54,677 bases of DNA. It comes from a virus. Its lineage: Duplodnaviria > Caudoviricetes. Under the pieces are notes generated by a model. The model was not told where the DNA came from. It worked only from the letters and a program-made list of their open reading frames with translations, and searched no databases. Location of the stretch: IMG/VR virus record IMGVR_UViG_3300020045_005836, positions 1 to 54,677 of that record; one strand, written 5' to 3'. A program made the translations under genes and the position numbers. Below are positions 16,430 through 25,256 of this stretch, piece by piece (the first letter of the stretch is position 1; the number at the start of each line of letters is the position of its first letter).

Positions 16430-17552
16430 AAAAGCTTCCGGCACTAACGCTAAAATAAAAGTGCTACAGAATGCGAGCCCTATGGCACGCGAGCTTCTTA
16501 AGCATACTTACGAACCACTTTGGACGTACAATATCAAAAAGATTCCATGGGACGGTACTGGCCTTATGTCACTCGAAGAGTGCTGGCACGATGTCAAGAA
16601 AGACTTATATAACCTTCAGGTAGGGTCACTCTCAGGTCACACTGCTAAATGTAGGCTGGCGTACTTGTTCACAGTTCTCTCATACGAAGACGGTGAGCTA
16701 CTGAAAAAGATTTTACGTAAGGACCTTCGAGCTGGAATCAGTGTGACCACTATCAACAAAGCCATACCAGGTTTGATTATTCCCTTTGGCATGATGCTTG
16801 CTAAGTCCTTTGACGGTGTAATGCCGCCTACTGGCTTGTATATGTCCCTCAAGCTTGACGGTATACGGGCCCGGTATAAGAATAACAGGCTGTACACAAG
16901 GAATGGGCACGAGATTCAAGGCGTGCAGCATGTTATTGATGAACTACCGGCGTACGGCTCTTATGACGGTGAACTGATGATACCTGGAAGTAACTTTCAG
17001 ACTGCATCAGGCGCTCTTCGTAGCTTTGAAAACTGCCCAAATGCCGTGTATCATATCTTCGATGCACCAGACACAACCTTTGCGTTTAGGCACCGGCTTA
17101 TTGAGCTAGCAAAGATCGTACCATCAGAGCATGTACAAGTTGTAAAGCATGTTCTGACTACCTCTCTGGCCAAAGTAGATGAGACGTATAGCAAAGCTTT
17201 GAATGCCGGGTATGAGGGTCTTGTTCTGAAAACACCCGAGCACGTGTACCAAATGAAGCGGTCCTCTGACTGGCTTAAGATGAAAGCCGTTCAGTCTGTT
17301 GATGCGCCTGTTACAGGGTTCTTCGAGGGTCAAGGTAAGTATGAGGGCTCGCTGGGTGGCATTGTAGTTCTCCTTGACACTAATGTGGCTGTTAAAGTGG
17401 GCGGCGGTTTCTCAGATGCTGAGCGCGCGTACATCTGGGCTCATCAAGACGAGTTCCGAAGTAAAATTGCCGAAGTATTATACCACGAAGAAACCCCAGA
17501 TGGGTCGTTACGGCATCCAAGATTCAAGTGTTGGCGATCGGACAAAAGCTAA
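16398..17552 (+). CDS. ATP-dependent DNA ligase
   Basis: KLDGIR, DGEL, IFD, EGLVLK, WLKMK and G.LRHPRF motifs; GGAGGT SD. Confidence 0.93.
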   Translation: MTLVEYFSTLEKASGTNAKIKVLQNASPMARELLKHTYEPLWTYNIKKIPWDGTGLMSLEECWHDVKKDLYNLQVGSLSGHTAKCRLAYLFTVLSYEDGELLKKILRKDLRAGISVTTINKAIPGLIIPFGMMLAKSFDGVMPPTGLYMSLKLDGIRARYKNNRLYTRNGHEIQGVQHVIDELPAYGSYDGELMIPGSNFQTASGALRSFENCPNAVYHIFDAPDTTFAFRHRLIELAKIVPSEHVQVVKHVLTTSLAKVDETYSKALNAGYEGLVLKTPEHVYQMKRSSDWLKMKAVQSVDAPVTGFFEGQGKYEGSLGGIVVLLDTNVAVKVGGGFSDAERAYIWAHQDEFRSKIAEVLYHEETPDGSLRHPRFKCWRSDKS

Positions 17553-17668
17553 GCCTAAATGTACTCGAAAACGTGTATAACCTATTCGAATTTCAATCTA
17601 TTTCGAGCTCGAGTAGGTTTATATAGGCTTATTTGAAAACGCGTTTATACGCTTTAAGAAAGGAGGCT

Positions 17669-17824
17669 ATGAAGACATTTCCTAAGGACCCTGCTGCTGA
17701 GGGACAACACCGGCTAGATACTGCGCTTCCTGATGACGATAAACCAGAGGTGAAGGAGGACGACCCTGACTACGATTACGGACAAGACTATGACTACCCA
17801 GATGACTTGTATGACTACGAGTGA
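17669..17824 (+). CDS. small Asp/Tyr-rich acidic protein (51 aa)
   Basis: AGGAGG SD before ATG 17669. Confidence 0.6.
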   Translation: MKTFPKDPAAEGQHRLDTALPDDDKPEVKEDDPDYDYGQDYDYPDDLYDYE

Positions 17825-19211
17825 TGTACCACCTCTGCACGGGTACCAAGAGAAAGCTATTGAGTTCTCTTTGAGCAAAGCATTCTCGTATCAAGCTCTT
17901 GACATGGGCTTAGGTAAGACTCGCATAGCTTTGGAGTGCATTCGTAGGCTGCAAGCGCCTACACTAGTAATCGCGCCACTTCGTGCCGTTAAAACTACTT
18001 GGCCAGATGAGATCGAAAAATGGGCTCCTGAGCTAACATATAACGTGCTACACGGGTTAGATAAGTCGTTTAAGCCAAAGGCTAATATTTACATCATAAA
18101 CTTTGACGGCATAGCTTGGTTATTTGACGAACTGAAGCGCATATTCTCTAAGACTAAGGTGCTACCGTTTAGGTTTATGGTCCTAGATGAGGGCTCCATG
18201 GTTAAGAGTCATAGGTCTAAACGCTTTGAGGCCCTGAAGCATATTAGGCACGTCTGTAACCTAGGCATCATGATACTGAGTGGCACTCCTGCTCCTAACT
18301 TTTTATTGGACCTGTGGCCTCAGTATTACTTGCTAGATGGTGGTAAGCGGCTGGGTAAGAATATTACCGCGTATCGTACGTCGTACTTTAAGCAGAAGCC
18401 TTACTGCAAGTTCGCATGGGAAATTATGTCTGAGGATCATGCAGATGCTATACACAGACGCGTGTCTGACATCACGTATAGGCTGGAGGCTGGAGACTAC
18501 TTAGAGTTGCCTGAGCGTATTGACAATATAGTCTCGATAAAGCTTTCAGATAAAGTTATAGCCACGGTAAAAGAGTTTGAGAAAAACTTGGTTCTTAAGC
18601 TGAATGAGACAACTACGGTTACTGCGCCATTTGCAGCGGCACTAACAAACAAGCTCAGGCAGATTATTCAAGGAGGACTATACACAGGTGAAGAGATTTC
18701 AGGCAAGGCTCGGGAGTACGAGGTTATTCACACTGAGAAAGTAGACGCTCTCAAGAGCCTTGTACAAGCAGCTAATGGCCAGGGGATACTTTGCGCGATA
18801 CAGTTTAAGTTCGAGCTGGATATGCTGCGTAAGGAGTTTCCAGACGCACCAGCTGTTGTTGGTAAGTCTAATATCAAGGACTTCAAACGTATATGTGACA
18901 CGTGGAACGCTGGAGATATACCTCTCCTATTTTGTCATCCAGCCTCACTATCACACAGTGTCAATCTTCAGTATGGCTCACACCTTTTGGTTTGGTACGC
19001 ACTACCCTGGTCATTGGAGCACTACCTGCAGTTGAATGCTAGGCTACATAGGCAGGGCCAGAAAAGTGTATGTATATTTCATCACTTAGTAGCAAAAGGA
19101 ACTGTTGATGAACGCGTACTTCAGGCCCTACAGCTTAAGCTCAAAGGGCAGAACGCGTTACTTGACTATTTAAAGAAAACTACAGGAGAGTATGATGCCC
19201 AGCAAAAGTGA
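17790..19211 (+). CDS. SNF2-family helicase
   Basis: DMGLGKT, LDEGS, LSGTP.PN, HP.S..H..NLQ and Q.NARL.RQGQ motifs. Confidence 0.92.
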   Translation: MTTQMTCMTTSDVPPLHGYQEKAIEFSLSKAFSYQALDMGLGKTRIALECIRRLQAPTLVIAPLRAVKTTWPDEIEKWAPELTYNVLHGLDKSFKPKANIYIINFDGIAWLFDELKRIFSKTKVLPFRFMVLDEGSMVKSHRSKRFEALKHIRHVCNLGIMILSGTPAPNFLLDLWPQYYLLDGGKRLGKNITAYRTSYFKQKPYCKFAWEIMSEDHADAIHRRVSDITYRLEAGDYLELPERIDNIVSIKLSDKVIATVKEFEKNLVLKLNETTTVTAPFAAALTNKLRQIIQGGLYTGEEISGKAREYEVIHTEKVDALKSLVQAANGQGILCAIQFKFELDMLRKEFPDAPAVVGKSNIKDFKRICDTWNAGDIPLLFCHPASLSHSVNLQYGSHLLVWYALPWSLEHYLQLNARLHRQGQKSVCIFHHLVAKGTVDERVLQALQLKLKGQNALLDYLKKTTGEYDAQQK

Positions 19212-19509
19212 TCTTTCTATCATTCCCTATTTATCTTTAGCTGAGCGCGAACGCCTGGCATTTTTGTCAGAAGAAATGGGAGAAGCGCAGCAGGTGGTAG
19301 GAAAGATTTTACGACACGGATATGAGAATTATCATCCAGATGATCCAGAGAAAACTAGTAACCGCGCATTATTATCAAAAGAACTCGGCCATGTTGTCTG
19401 TGGTATACAGTTACTTGTTATTCCGCAGGATATTAGTGGTCTTATTTTAGAGCTGAGTAGAGGCGAAAAGCGTGAAAAAGTGAAAAGATGGATGCACCAT
19501 CAAAAATAG
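19192..19509 (+). CDS. MazG-like NTP pyrophosphohydrolase
   Basis: L.EEMGE..Q..GKILRHG...L..ELG pattern. Confidence 0.7.
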   Translation: MMPSKSDLSIIPYLSLAERERLAFLSEEMGEAQQVVGKILRHGYENYHPDDPEKTSNRALLSKELGHVVCGIQLLVIPQDISGLILELSRGEKREKVKRWMHHQK

Positions 19510-19518
19510 AAACTAAAC

Positions 19519-20304
19519 ATGGAGCTAAACATGGAACTAAATGATTTTCAAGGCACGTCTGAGGCTACAAAGCTTGAGGAAAAACAAAAGCCATCTTATA
19601 TTTCTCAAGACGGGTTTGTTACTTCACGGGTATACAGGGGTTTCACTGAAATTTCAGCTTTGTACGCTACACTGGCACCGTTCGGCGGTCTCATATGTGG
19701 AGGCTATGTACGGTATATGTGTTCACCCGCTAAGTCAATAACTCCGGCAGGCGACGTGGATATTTATTTACCTGATGAAACAGCATTCAACGGTTTTAGG
19801 CATACCCTTGAAAAGGTACTTGGCCTCACTGTTGTCCACGAGAACACCATGGCGGTCACCTATAAAAAGGTAGATGACCCTATGAATATCTTGTATATGT
19901 CTCCTGTTATACAGATTATCAAGCCTGTCAAAGAGGGCAAAATCGTAGCAACAGGAACCCTTACGGATATACTTGAGAACTTCGACTTTACTGTAGTGCG
20001 TTGCGGCTTGCTGAGCCCAGATACTGCATCTGTTGACGCGGACTTCAAGCATGACGAGTCAAGAAAAATATTGAGGCTGAAGAATATTCATTGTCCAATA
20101 TCGTCTACACTCCGGTGCATGAAGTACTCAAAGAAAGGGTACTGGCTTCCGCCTATGCAGGCTGTGCGATTGTTCTTAGACTGGGACTTACGTAGCTTAG
20201 ACTGGAAATCAAAGCTAATGGACTTTCTCAGGCAAGCAGAGTCTGGTGAAGGCTTGACCAAGAAAGATATCGATGAGCTCGAAGCAATGATGCGGGTAGA
20301 CTAA
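19519..20304 (+). CDS. nucleotidyltransferase (polyA polymerase/CCA-enzyme head-like)
   Basis: GG.VR, GDVDI, FDFT and R..KY..KGY motifs. Confidence 0.7.
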   Translation: MELNMELNDFQGTSEATKLEEKQKPSYISQDGFVTSRVYRGFTEISALYATLAPFGGLICGGYVRYMCSPAKSITPAGDVDIYLPDETAFNGFRHTLEKVLGLTVVHENTMAVTYKKVDDPMNILYMSPVIQIIKPVKEGKIVATGTLTDILENFDFTVVRCGLLSPDTASVDADFKHDESRKILRLKNIHCPISSTLRCMKYSKKGYWLPPMQAVRLFLDWDLRSLDWKSKLMDFLRQAESGEGLTKKDIDELEAMMRVD

Positions 20305-20305
20305 C

Positions 20306-20578
20306 ATGAGAACTCAGCGTCAATACAACACCTTAGTTGACCGAGTAGCTAACCGGCTAATTGCGGTACTTATTATTGCTTATGTTACTATGCTAAGCAT
20401 ATACTTGGTGTCTATAAGTCCTAAGTTCGCTGCGCTGATGCGCCTATCAGGTACTTGTATACTGTACTTAGGTATAGGTGCTGGGTTTATGCTTGGGTTT
20501 ATGCTCGCTTGTCTTATACTAGGCGCAGCCCTAGGCATGTTGTATAACCTTTTAATTTATGGTAGACTATGGAAATAA
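20306..20578 (+). CDS. membrane protein
   Basis: Two hydrophobic segments. Confidence 0.6.
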   Translation: MRTQRQYNTLVDRVANRLIAVLIIAYVTMLSIYLVSISPKFAALMRLSGTCILYLGIGAGFMLGFMLACLILGAALGMLYNLLIYGRLWK

Positions 20579-20787
20579 CAGACTTGAAAGTAGGTAGCGA
20601 AGTGCACTACCAACCTAAGCATTACGGCGACTCTCGGTGGGAAAATGGCTTGGTGAAAGAAATACGAGAGGGTGTGGACGATAAAGTTTGGGTCGTCTAT
20701 AACTGTGCTGGCAACTGGCATCGGTACAAGGACTACACAAGCGCGTGCACTTTCTTGACAGACTTAAAACTCGGGTGGAGGACTTAA
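20569..20787 (+). CDS. hypothetical protein (SH3/Tudor-like pattern)
   Basis: LKVGSEVHY...ENG.V...VWVVY pattern. Confidence 0.6.
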   Translation: MEITDLKVGSEVHYQPKHYGDSRWENGLVKEIREGVDDKVWVVYNCAGNWHRYKDYTSACTFLTDLKLGWRT

Positions 20788-21146
20788 TGAAAGCATTGAG
20801 GCACCTTGAGGTAAAGCTTACAGAGAAGCAGCGAATTGACCCACTTGTCAAGCTTGACTTGGATTTCTTTGAAAGTGACTTCATGGAAAGAAACCTTACT
20901 TTTCAGAAGTTATACCAGCTTAAGGTATCTATTTACTGTGACGTATGGGCTGGAGATCGCAGTGAAGATAAAAATAAAGCTTTTAAAATAGCTGAACAAG
21001 CGCTTATAGCTGAGCTGTATAAAGGCCTTCAGGATGAGCTTATACAGTTGTGCGCTGTAGCCTATAACGGCACCAGAGAAGAAATCATCTCGCGAATTAA
21101 TAGCATCATATCTGATTTCTTAGACAGGAGGTTTACACCAAAATGA
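20787..21146 (+). CDS. hypothetical protein
   Basis: GGAGG SD; TAATG overlap. Confidence 0.6.
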   Translation: MKALRHLEVKLTEKQRIDPLVKLDLDFFESDFMERNLTFQKLYQLKVSIYCDVWAGDRSEDKNKAFKIAEQALIAELYKGLQDELIQLCAVAYNGTREEIISRINSIISDFLDRRFTPK

Positions 21147-21571
21147 ATACCAAATGGCACAGACGCTACCTTGAGCTAGCTAAGCTCGTATCTACTTGGT
21201 CAAAGGACCCGCGTAAGCAGGTTGGTGCAGTTGTAGTAGATGCTGGTAGAGTGCGCGGAGTGGGGTTTAACGGCTTTCCGAAAGGAATAGCAGATCTTGA
21301 CTCAAGGCTGAAAGACCGAGCCATCAAGAACCTGATCATGGTCCACGCTGAAGTAAACGCGCTTATAGCGTCTGATGGCCAGGGAGATACTATTTATGTG
21401 TACCCTTGCTTACCATGCTCTCAGTGCCTCGGCAACATTATTCAGTATGGCCGAATACGTACTATCGTGACACTTCCTGTTGACCTTGAGTCCTCATGGA
21501 ATCAAGAGCTCGTGCTAGAAATAGCGAAAGAGGCAGGGATAACTGTGATCTGCGTGGAGGGCTTTGAATGA
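21143..21571 (+). CDS. dCMP deaminase
   Basis: SKDP..QVGAV, GFNG.P.G, HAEVNA and PCSQC motifs. Confidence 0.92.
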   Translation: MNTKWHRRYLELAKLVSTWSKDPRKQVGAVVVDAGRVRGVGFNGFPKGIADLDSRLKDRAIKNLIMVHAEVNALIASDGQGDTIYVYPCLPCSQCLGNIIQYGRIRTIVTLPVDLESSWNQELVLEIAKEAGITVICVEGFE

Positions 21572-21744
21572 GACTTGATACTGAGAAAACGGTTGAATAC
21601 GTTATAACACTGAGTCAAGAAGAAGCTGAGTGGTTGCGAGATTTTATACAGACCTCTATCCCAGCCTTTACAATTAACCCCTGGCTAACTCCTACTGAAA
21701 CTCAACGTGAGTTAGCTAAGCTTCTGGCTAACGCTTTACAATAA
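21568..21744 (+). CDS. hypothetical protein (58 aa, not in ORF track)
   Basis: GGAGG SD; ATGA overlap; MRLDTEKTVEY...ANALQ*. Confidence 0.6.
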   Translation: MRLDTEKTVEYVITLSQEEAEWLRDFIQTSIPAFTINPWLTPTETQRELAKLLANALQ

Positions 21745-21763
21745 AAACTTAGGAGGACTTATT

Positions 21764-22060
21764 ATGCAGGACGTAAAATCAATAAGTGAGGAAAAAGAAG
21801 CCGTAAGGTCTACGCTAATGGCTGACGCCTTAGTCGATCGAGTACGGATACTACGTACTCGTGTTGAAAAGTGCCTTACCCCAGTACTTTCACCCACTAT
21901 GATGGAATCTAATTCATTGTCTGAAACGCATTCTTACTCTGACCCAGTCCCGGGCAGTTGTTTTAGTGCCCCATTATTTAAAGAGTATGAAAATAAGTTT
22001 CTAGCTATAGATGAAGATATTGATTTCATCCATCGTCTGTTAGATGCTCTTGCGGTGTAA
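21764..22060 (+). CDS. hypothetical protein, last gene of the + arm
   Basis: AGGAGG SD. Confidence 0.65.
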   Translation: MQDVKSISEEKEAVRSTLMADALVDRVRILRTRVEKCLTPVLSPTMMESNSLSETHSYSDPVPGSCFSAPLFKEYENKFLAIDEDIDFIHRLLDALAV

Positions 22061-22096
22061 ATAAAAACCTCCCCTACGTGACTCGACGTAGGGGAG
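22061..22096 (-). terminator. terminator at the junction of the convergent arms (possibly bidirectional)
   Basis: CTCCCCTACGT-loop-ACGTAGGGGAG, with a T-run on the minus strand. Confidence 0.8.
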
Positions 22097-22142
22097 TAAA
22101 CTCACCGGACCACCCGGTTGTTTGGCCTGGGGAGGCACTTCT

Positions 22143-22184
22143 TTAGCAGCCTTTACGCTTGCCTTTACCTTTGTTTTTACTCAT
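22143..22184 (-). CDS. putative 13-aa basic peptide MSKNKGKGKRKGC
   Basis: TAAGGAG SD at canonical spacing; followed by hairpins and a terminator. Confidence 0.45.
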   Translation of the reverse strand: MSKNKGKGKRKGC

Positions 22185-22342
22185 ATAAGCTCCTTATTTA
22201 TGCTTAAAAAGTTGTATAAACGTATCAAAATCTGATAATTAAAAGGGCCTAATACGTTTATATAAGCCTTATTTGTTTGTCTAAAACGAGTGAATGTACG
22301 CTTTCAGAAAGGTTCTATAATTTAACTGTAGGGAGAAACTTT

Positions 22343-22636
22343 ATGCACTTGAATCCGAAGAAAAACACTGAGACTGAAAACATTCTACTGTCTGGAATTT
22401 TAACCAGCCTCGTTACTATTATACTGATCGTGTGGATACTGTTTGTCGCACTCGAAGTGAAACGCCTCAAGGCATACGCTGTAGAGTTTGCTGACCTAAA
22501 GTTCGCCGATCGGTCTGTTTACGAGCAAACTATAAAGTACAATAAAGGTGTGCTTGAGTATAATAACACCGTTGACCAGTATAATCGCGGTGTTTCTCCA
22601 GACGAAAAAGCTAGTAAAAAGCAGCTGCAACAATGA
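22343..22636 (+). CDS. single-TM membrane protein
   Basis: GGGAG SD, TATAAT at 22316-22321, and a long hydrophobic helix followed by a coiled coil. Confidence 0.6.
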   Translation: MHLNPKKNTETENILLSGILTSLVTIILIVWILFVALEVKRLKAYAVEFADLKFADRSVYEQTIKYNKGVLEYNNTVDQYNRGVSPDEKASKKQLQQ

Positions 22637-22873
22637 TCAGTCTTTACCACTCATGATTTGCTTTAGCCGAGCGTCTTGATCCTTCTTTCGTTTTGCAAGG
22701 TACTTGGTAGCCGCGTCGAGTGTTCCATCAAGCTGAGGTCCAGTGTCCTTTACCTGGAGAGGCAGTCGTCTTCCGTCGGTCGTATATTGCGGAGGACCTG
22801 TCTCTTCAGGCGCTGCTGCAGGCTTAGCGTCCTTGTTCTTCCACCAGTCTTTAACTGTCTTGATCGGGTTCAT
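22637..22873 (-). CDS. hypothetical protein
   Basis: AGGAG SD; ATGA overlap with the HNH gene. Confidence 0.6.
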   Translation of the reverse strand: MNPIKTVKDWWKNKDAKPAAAPEETGPPQYTTDGRRLPLQVKDTGPQLDGTLDAATKYLAKRKKDQDARLKQIMSGKD

Positions 22874-23100
22874 TTCATACTCCTGTTTTTAGATTTAGGG
22901 ATCACCGCTAAATTAGATCTTTTCTGGTCAGAGGGATTATTGTCTCTATGATGCACGTCCATGCCGTCCCCTTTATGCACTAGGCCCTGTTGAGCCAATA
23001 TTCTGCGGGACTTGTTTCTTTGAGCCCTGCGCTTTATTTGCTCAGGCTTGCCGTGATAAAGCGCGTACTCTCTTTTATAGTCTCTAGGTTTTATTGCCAT
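22870..23100 (-). CDS. small HNH endonuclease-like protein
   Basis: RDYKREY, R..RN..RR and GDG.DVHH.D.NP.....SNL......NR motifs. Confidence 0.8.
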   Translation of the reverse strand: MAIKPRDYKREYALYHGKPEQIKRRAQRNKSRRILAQQGLVHKGDGMDVHHRDNNPSDQKRSNLAVIPKSKNRSMK

Positions 23101-23125
23101 AGTTATTGCCCTATAATATAGTCTA

Positions 23126-23560
23126 TCATCTATTTAGATGCTCAACCCATCTACTCGCTTCTCGAGGGTCGACCTCGCCTAGGTATCCCTGAGTTGCAGC
23201 TATATCAGCGTGCCTCAAAATAACCTTGGACACTATTTCTAATGGAATATTATTTCTGCTAGCTTGAGTCGCGGCATGTCGTCTCAAGTCATGAGGACTT
23301 AGTTTAACTTTTAGCATTAGACCCGCGTCTCTTATCATCCTATGAATAGTAGAATAACTCACATTAAAAATTGGTTTAGAAGAATCTCGATGCTCTACTA
23401 GTAAGTGAAGTCTTGAGCTTAGCTTCTTTGTGATATATACCTTTTCTCCTAGCCTTCCACTTTTAGGGCTCGTTATAGATATAGTAGACGCGTTGAAGTC
23501 AATATCGCCTTTCTTCATACCAAGAACTTCTCCTACTCTCATGCCTGCTCTGCCCATCAT
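23126..23560 (-). CDS. tyrosine recombinase catalytic domain only (possibly a truncated integrase)
   Basis: R (GMRVGE), K (PKSG), HDLRR, LRH and Y (TQGY) are all present. No N-terminal binding domain and no SD. Confidence 0.8.
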   Translation of the reverse strand: MMGRAGMRVGEVLGMKKGDIDFNASTISITSPKSGRLGEKVYITKKLSSRLHLLVEHRDSSKPIFNVSYSTIHRMIRDAGLMLKVKLSPHDLRRHAATQASRNNIPLEIVSKVILRHADIAATQGYLGEVDPREASRWVEHLNR

Positions 23561-23596
23561 GCAGCCAAAGTCGGCGCCATTAGCAACGGGTTTGTG

Positions 23597-23986
23597 CTAT
23601 ATGATTATGGATGAAAACAATTCAACCTTCTTAGTAAACTTTTTCCGCATCTGAGGATCAAACAGAACAACCTGTTTCTTATCGTTCACCCAAATATTGA
23701 TCATGTGGTTGTCGTTGATAAACGCCACACCAAACGGCCACCTGGCTCCAGCCACTTTACCCTTTGCCCGGAAAGCATAATCATCACAATCGTTGCGATT
23801 GCATGTATACCTTGACCAGTCTTTGCCGAGTGCTGCTATTACATCGCTATCGTGCGGTAGCTCGTATTCACGATCAAGAACAAGGATATACTTTGACAGA
23901 GGAAGAAGAGAGACTACCTCTGAACGTGCTGCAATAACCGCAGGTACTTCTTTAAACCAATCTAACAACATCGCGCTCGCATTCAA
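23597..23986 (-). CDS. papain/transglutaminase-like protein (DCDD motif)
   Basis: NDCDDYA...FG....HMINIW......FDPQ. Confidence 0.6.
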   Translation of the reverse strand: MNASAMLLDWFKEVPAVIAARSEVVSLLPLSKYILVLDREYELPHDSDVIAALGKDWSRYTCNRNDCDDYAFRAKGKVAGARWPFGVAFINDNHMINIWVNDKKQVVLFDPQMRKKFTKKVELFSSIII

Positions 23987-23990
23987 TGAA

Positions 23991-24248
23991 TCAGAGAGTC
24001 TGTAAATATGTTCTTAAAGCTACAAGATCTGCTTTCTTAACAGAAGTCAGGTTGGCAATTTCTGCATTGATGTCTGTTATTTGTTTGTTGAGATCGGCAA
24101 GCAAAATCTGTGTGACAACAGGTTCCACTTCCGCACCTGTCATTGCGTCCCACCGTTTATCAGTTAACGTAAAAACACCATTGGAGTTTTTGACGATTGC
24201 TGCTTTCCCTGCTAACACTCTTGCGTTCAAATCAGTTGCTATACTCAT
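23991..24248 (-). CDS. hypothetical protein (coiled coil), tail-fibre associated
   Basis: GGGAG SD; lies after a fibre gene. Confidence 0.6.
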   Translation of the reverse strand: MSIATDLNARVLAGKAAIVKNSNGVFTLTDKRWDAMTGAEVEPVVTQILLADLNKQITDINAEIANLTSVKKADLVALRTYLQTL

Positions 24249-24260
24249 AACATACTCCTA

Positions 24261-25256
24261 TTAAGATTGTGAAACTAAACCAAGATTTTGCAGTACCGTT
24301 ATTAACTCATCTACTGTGTGACTTGCGCCAGTAGCAAACACCGGCCTTGTTATTGGAGTTACACCATTAAAGGCCATTTTATTGCCAAGTACCTGGATAA
24401 CTGTGGCTAAGGTTCCGTCAACTGTTCCAGTTGATCCAGCCTGACAGCCTTTAATAATTACACCGCTTTCTCCAGACCCTGTAGATAATCCAGGGGCAAT
24501 GACAGCATCACCTCCAGCCTTGTCTGTAGCTCCACTTGTCGCACCGATACCTTGGAAATTAACCGCAACACCTGCTGTGTTAGCAACGGTGTTCCTTGAT
24601 CCACCAAATGTACCAGCAACCATTGACCCATAGCCTGACACAGTTGGCGGGTTCCCGGTGTACGCATTAACTTGTAATACACCGGCGCCTAGTCTGGTTA
24701 TGCCAGCATCTGTAGAATGACTATATAACGGCACTCCTGAAGTAGAACCCCATCCCAGAACACCGTTAGAACCAAACCGAGTACCGAGTGCCCAATACGC
24801 ATCTACAAGAAATATTGAGCTCAGTGTTGCTCTGGATGAGTTAGGATGATCGATATCCCCTGTGAATGTTTTATTTCCTGCAATGGTCTGAGTTCCTGTC
24901 AGTGCTACATACAAAGTGTCTGTGTATGATTTTATGGTTGCTTTGATGTTCGTCCATGACAGTTTCTTTAACAATGATGAGTCGGCAGAATCTGTCAGCG
25001 GAATCGTGTCAGCATCTACAGGAGTAGTCTTCGCAGCTACTCCATTGATTGTCGATCCAATATTGCCCGCGTCGGTTACATCGGCCCCGACTTCGATGCC
25101 GTTAAGTTTGGTTTTGTCTCCATCAACAAAAGCACCCTCTGCCGGTTTATTGTTTTTGCTGTTTACAGCAGTTTTTATCTCATTGACGTTACCAGCCGTT
25201 AGCGTCCCGTTGGTAGGATCTCCGGTAACTTTATCTGCAAATGTTATATCGCTCAT
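24261..25256 (-). CDS. tail fibre/spike-like protein
   Basis: G/T/A-rich, with D.TKL.GIE.GADVTD and G.QTI.G.KTF fibre motifs. Confidence 0.7.
   Translation of the reverse strand: MSDITFADKVTGDPTNGTLTAGNVNEIKTAVNSKNNKPAEGAFVDGDKTKLNGIEVGADVTDAGNIGSTINGVAAKTTPVDADTIPLTDSADSSLLKKLSWTNIKATIKSYTDTLYVALTGTQTIAGNKTFTGDIDHPNSSRATLSSIFLVDAYWALGTRFGSNGVLGWGSTSGVPLYSHSTDAGITRLGAGVLQVNAYTGNPPTVSGYGSMVAGTFGGSRNTVANTAGVAVNFQGIGATSGATDKAGGDAVIAPGLSTGSGESGVIIKGCQAGSTGTVDGTLATVIQVLGNKMAFNGVTPITRPVFATGASHTVDELITVLQNLGLVSQS

Noticed and set aside
19507-19545. MazG-NTase readthrough fusion (same frame across TAG)
   Set aside because: Sharing a frame happens one time in three by chance, and the NTase has its own GGAG + ATG within a short CTAAACATGGA repeat.
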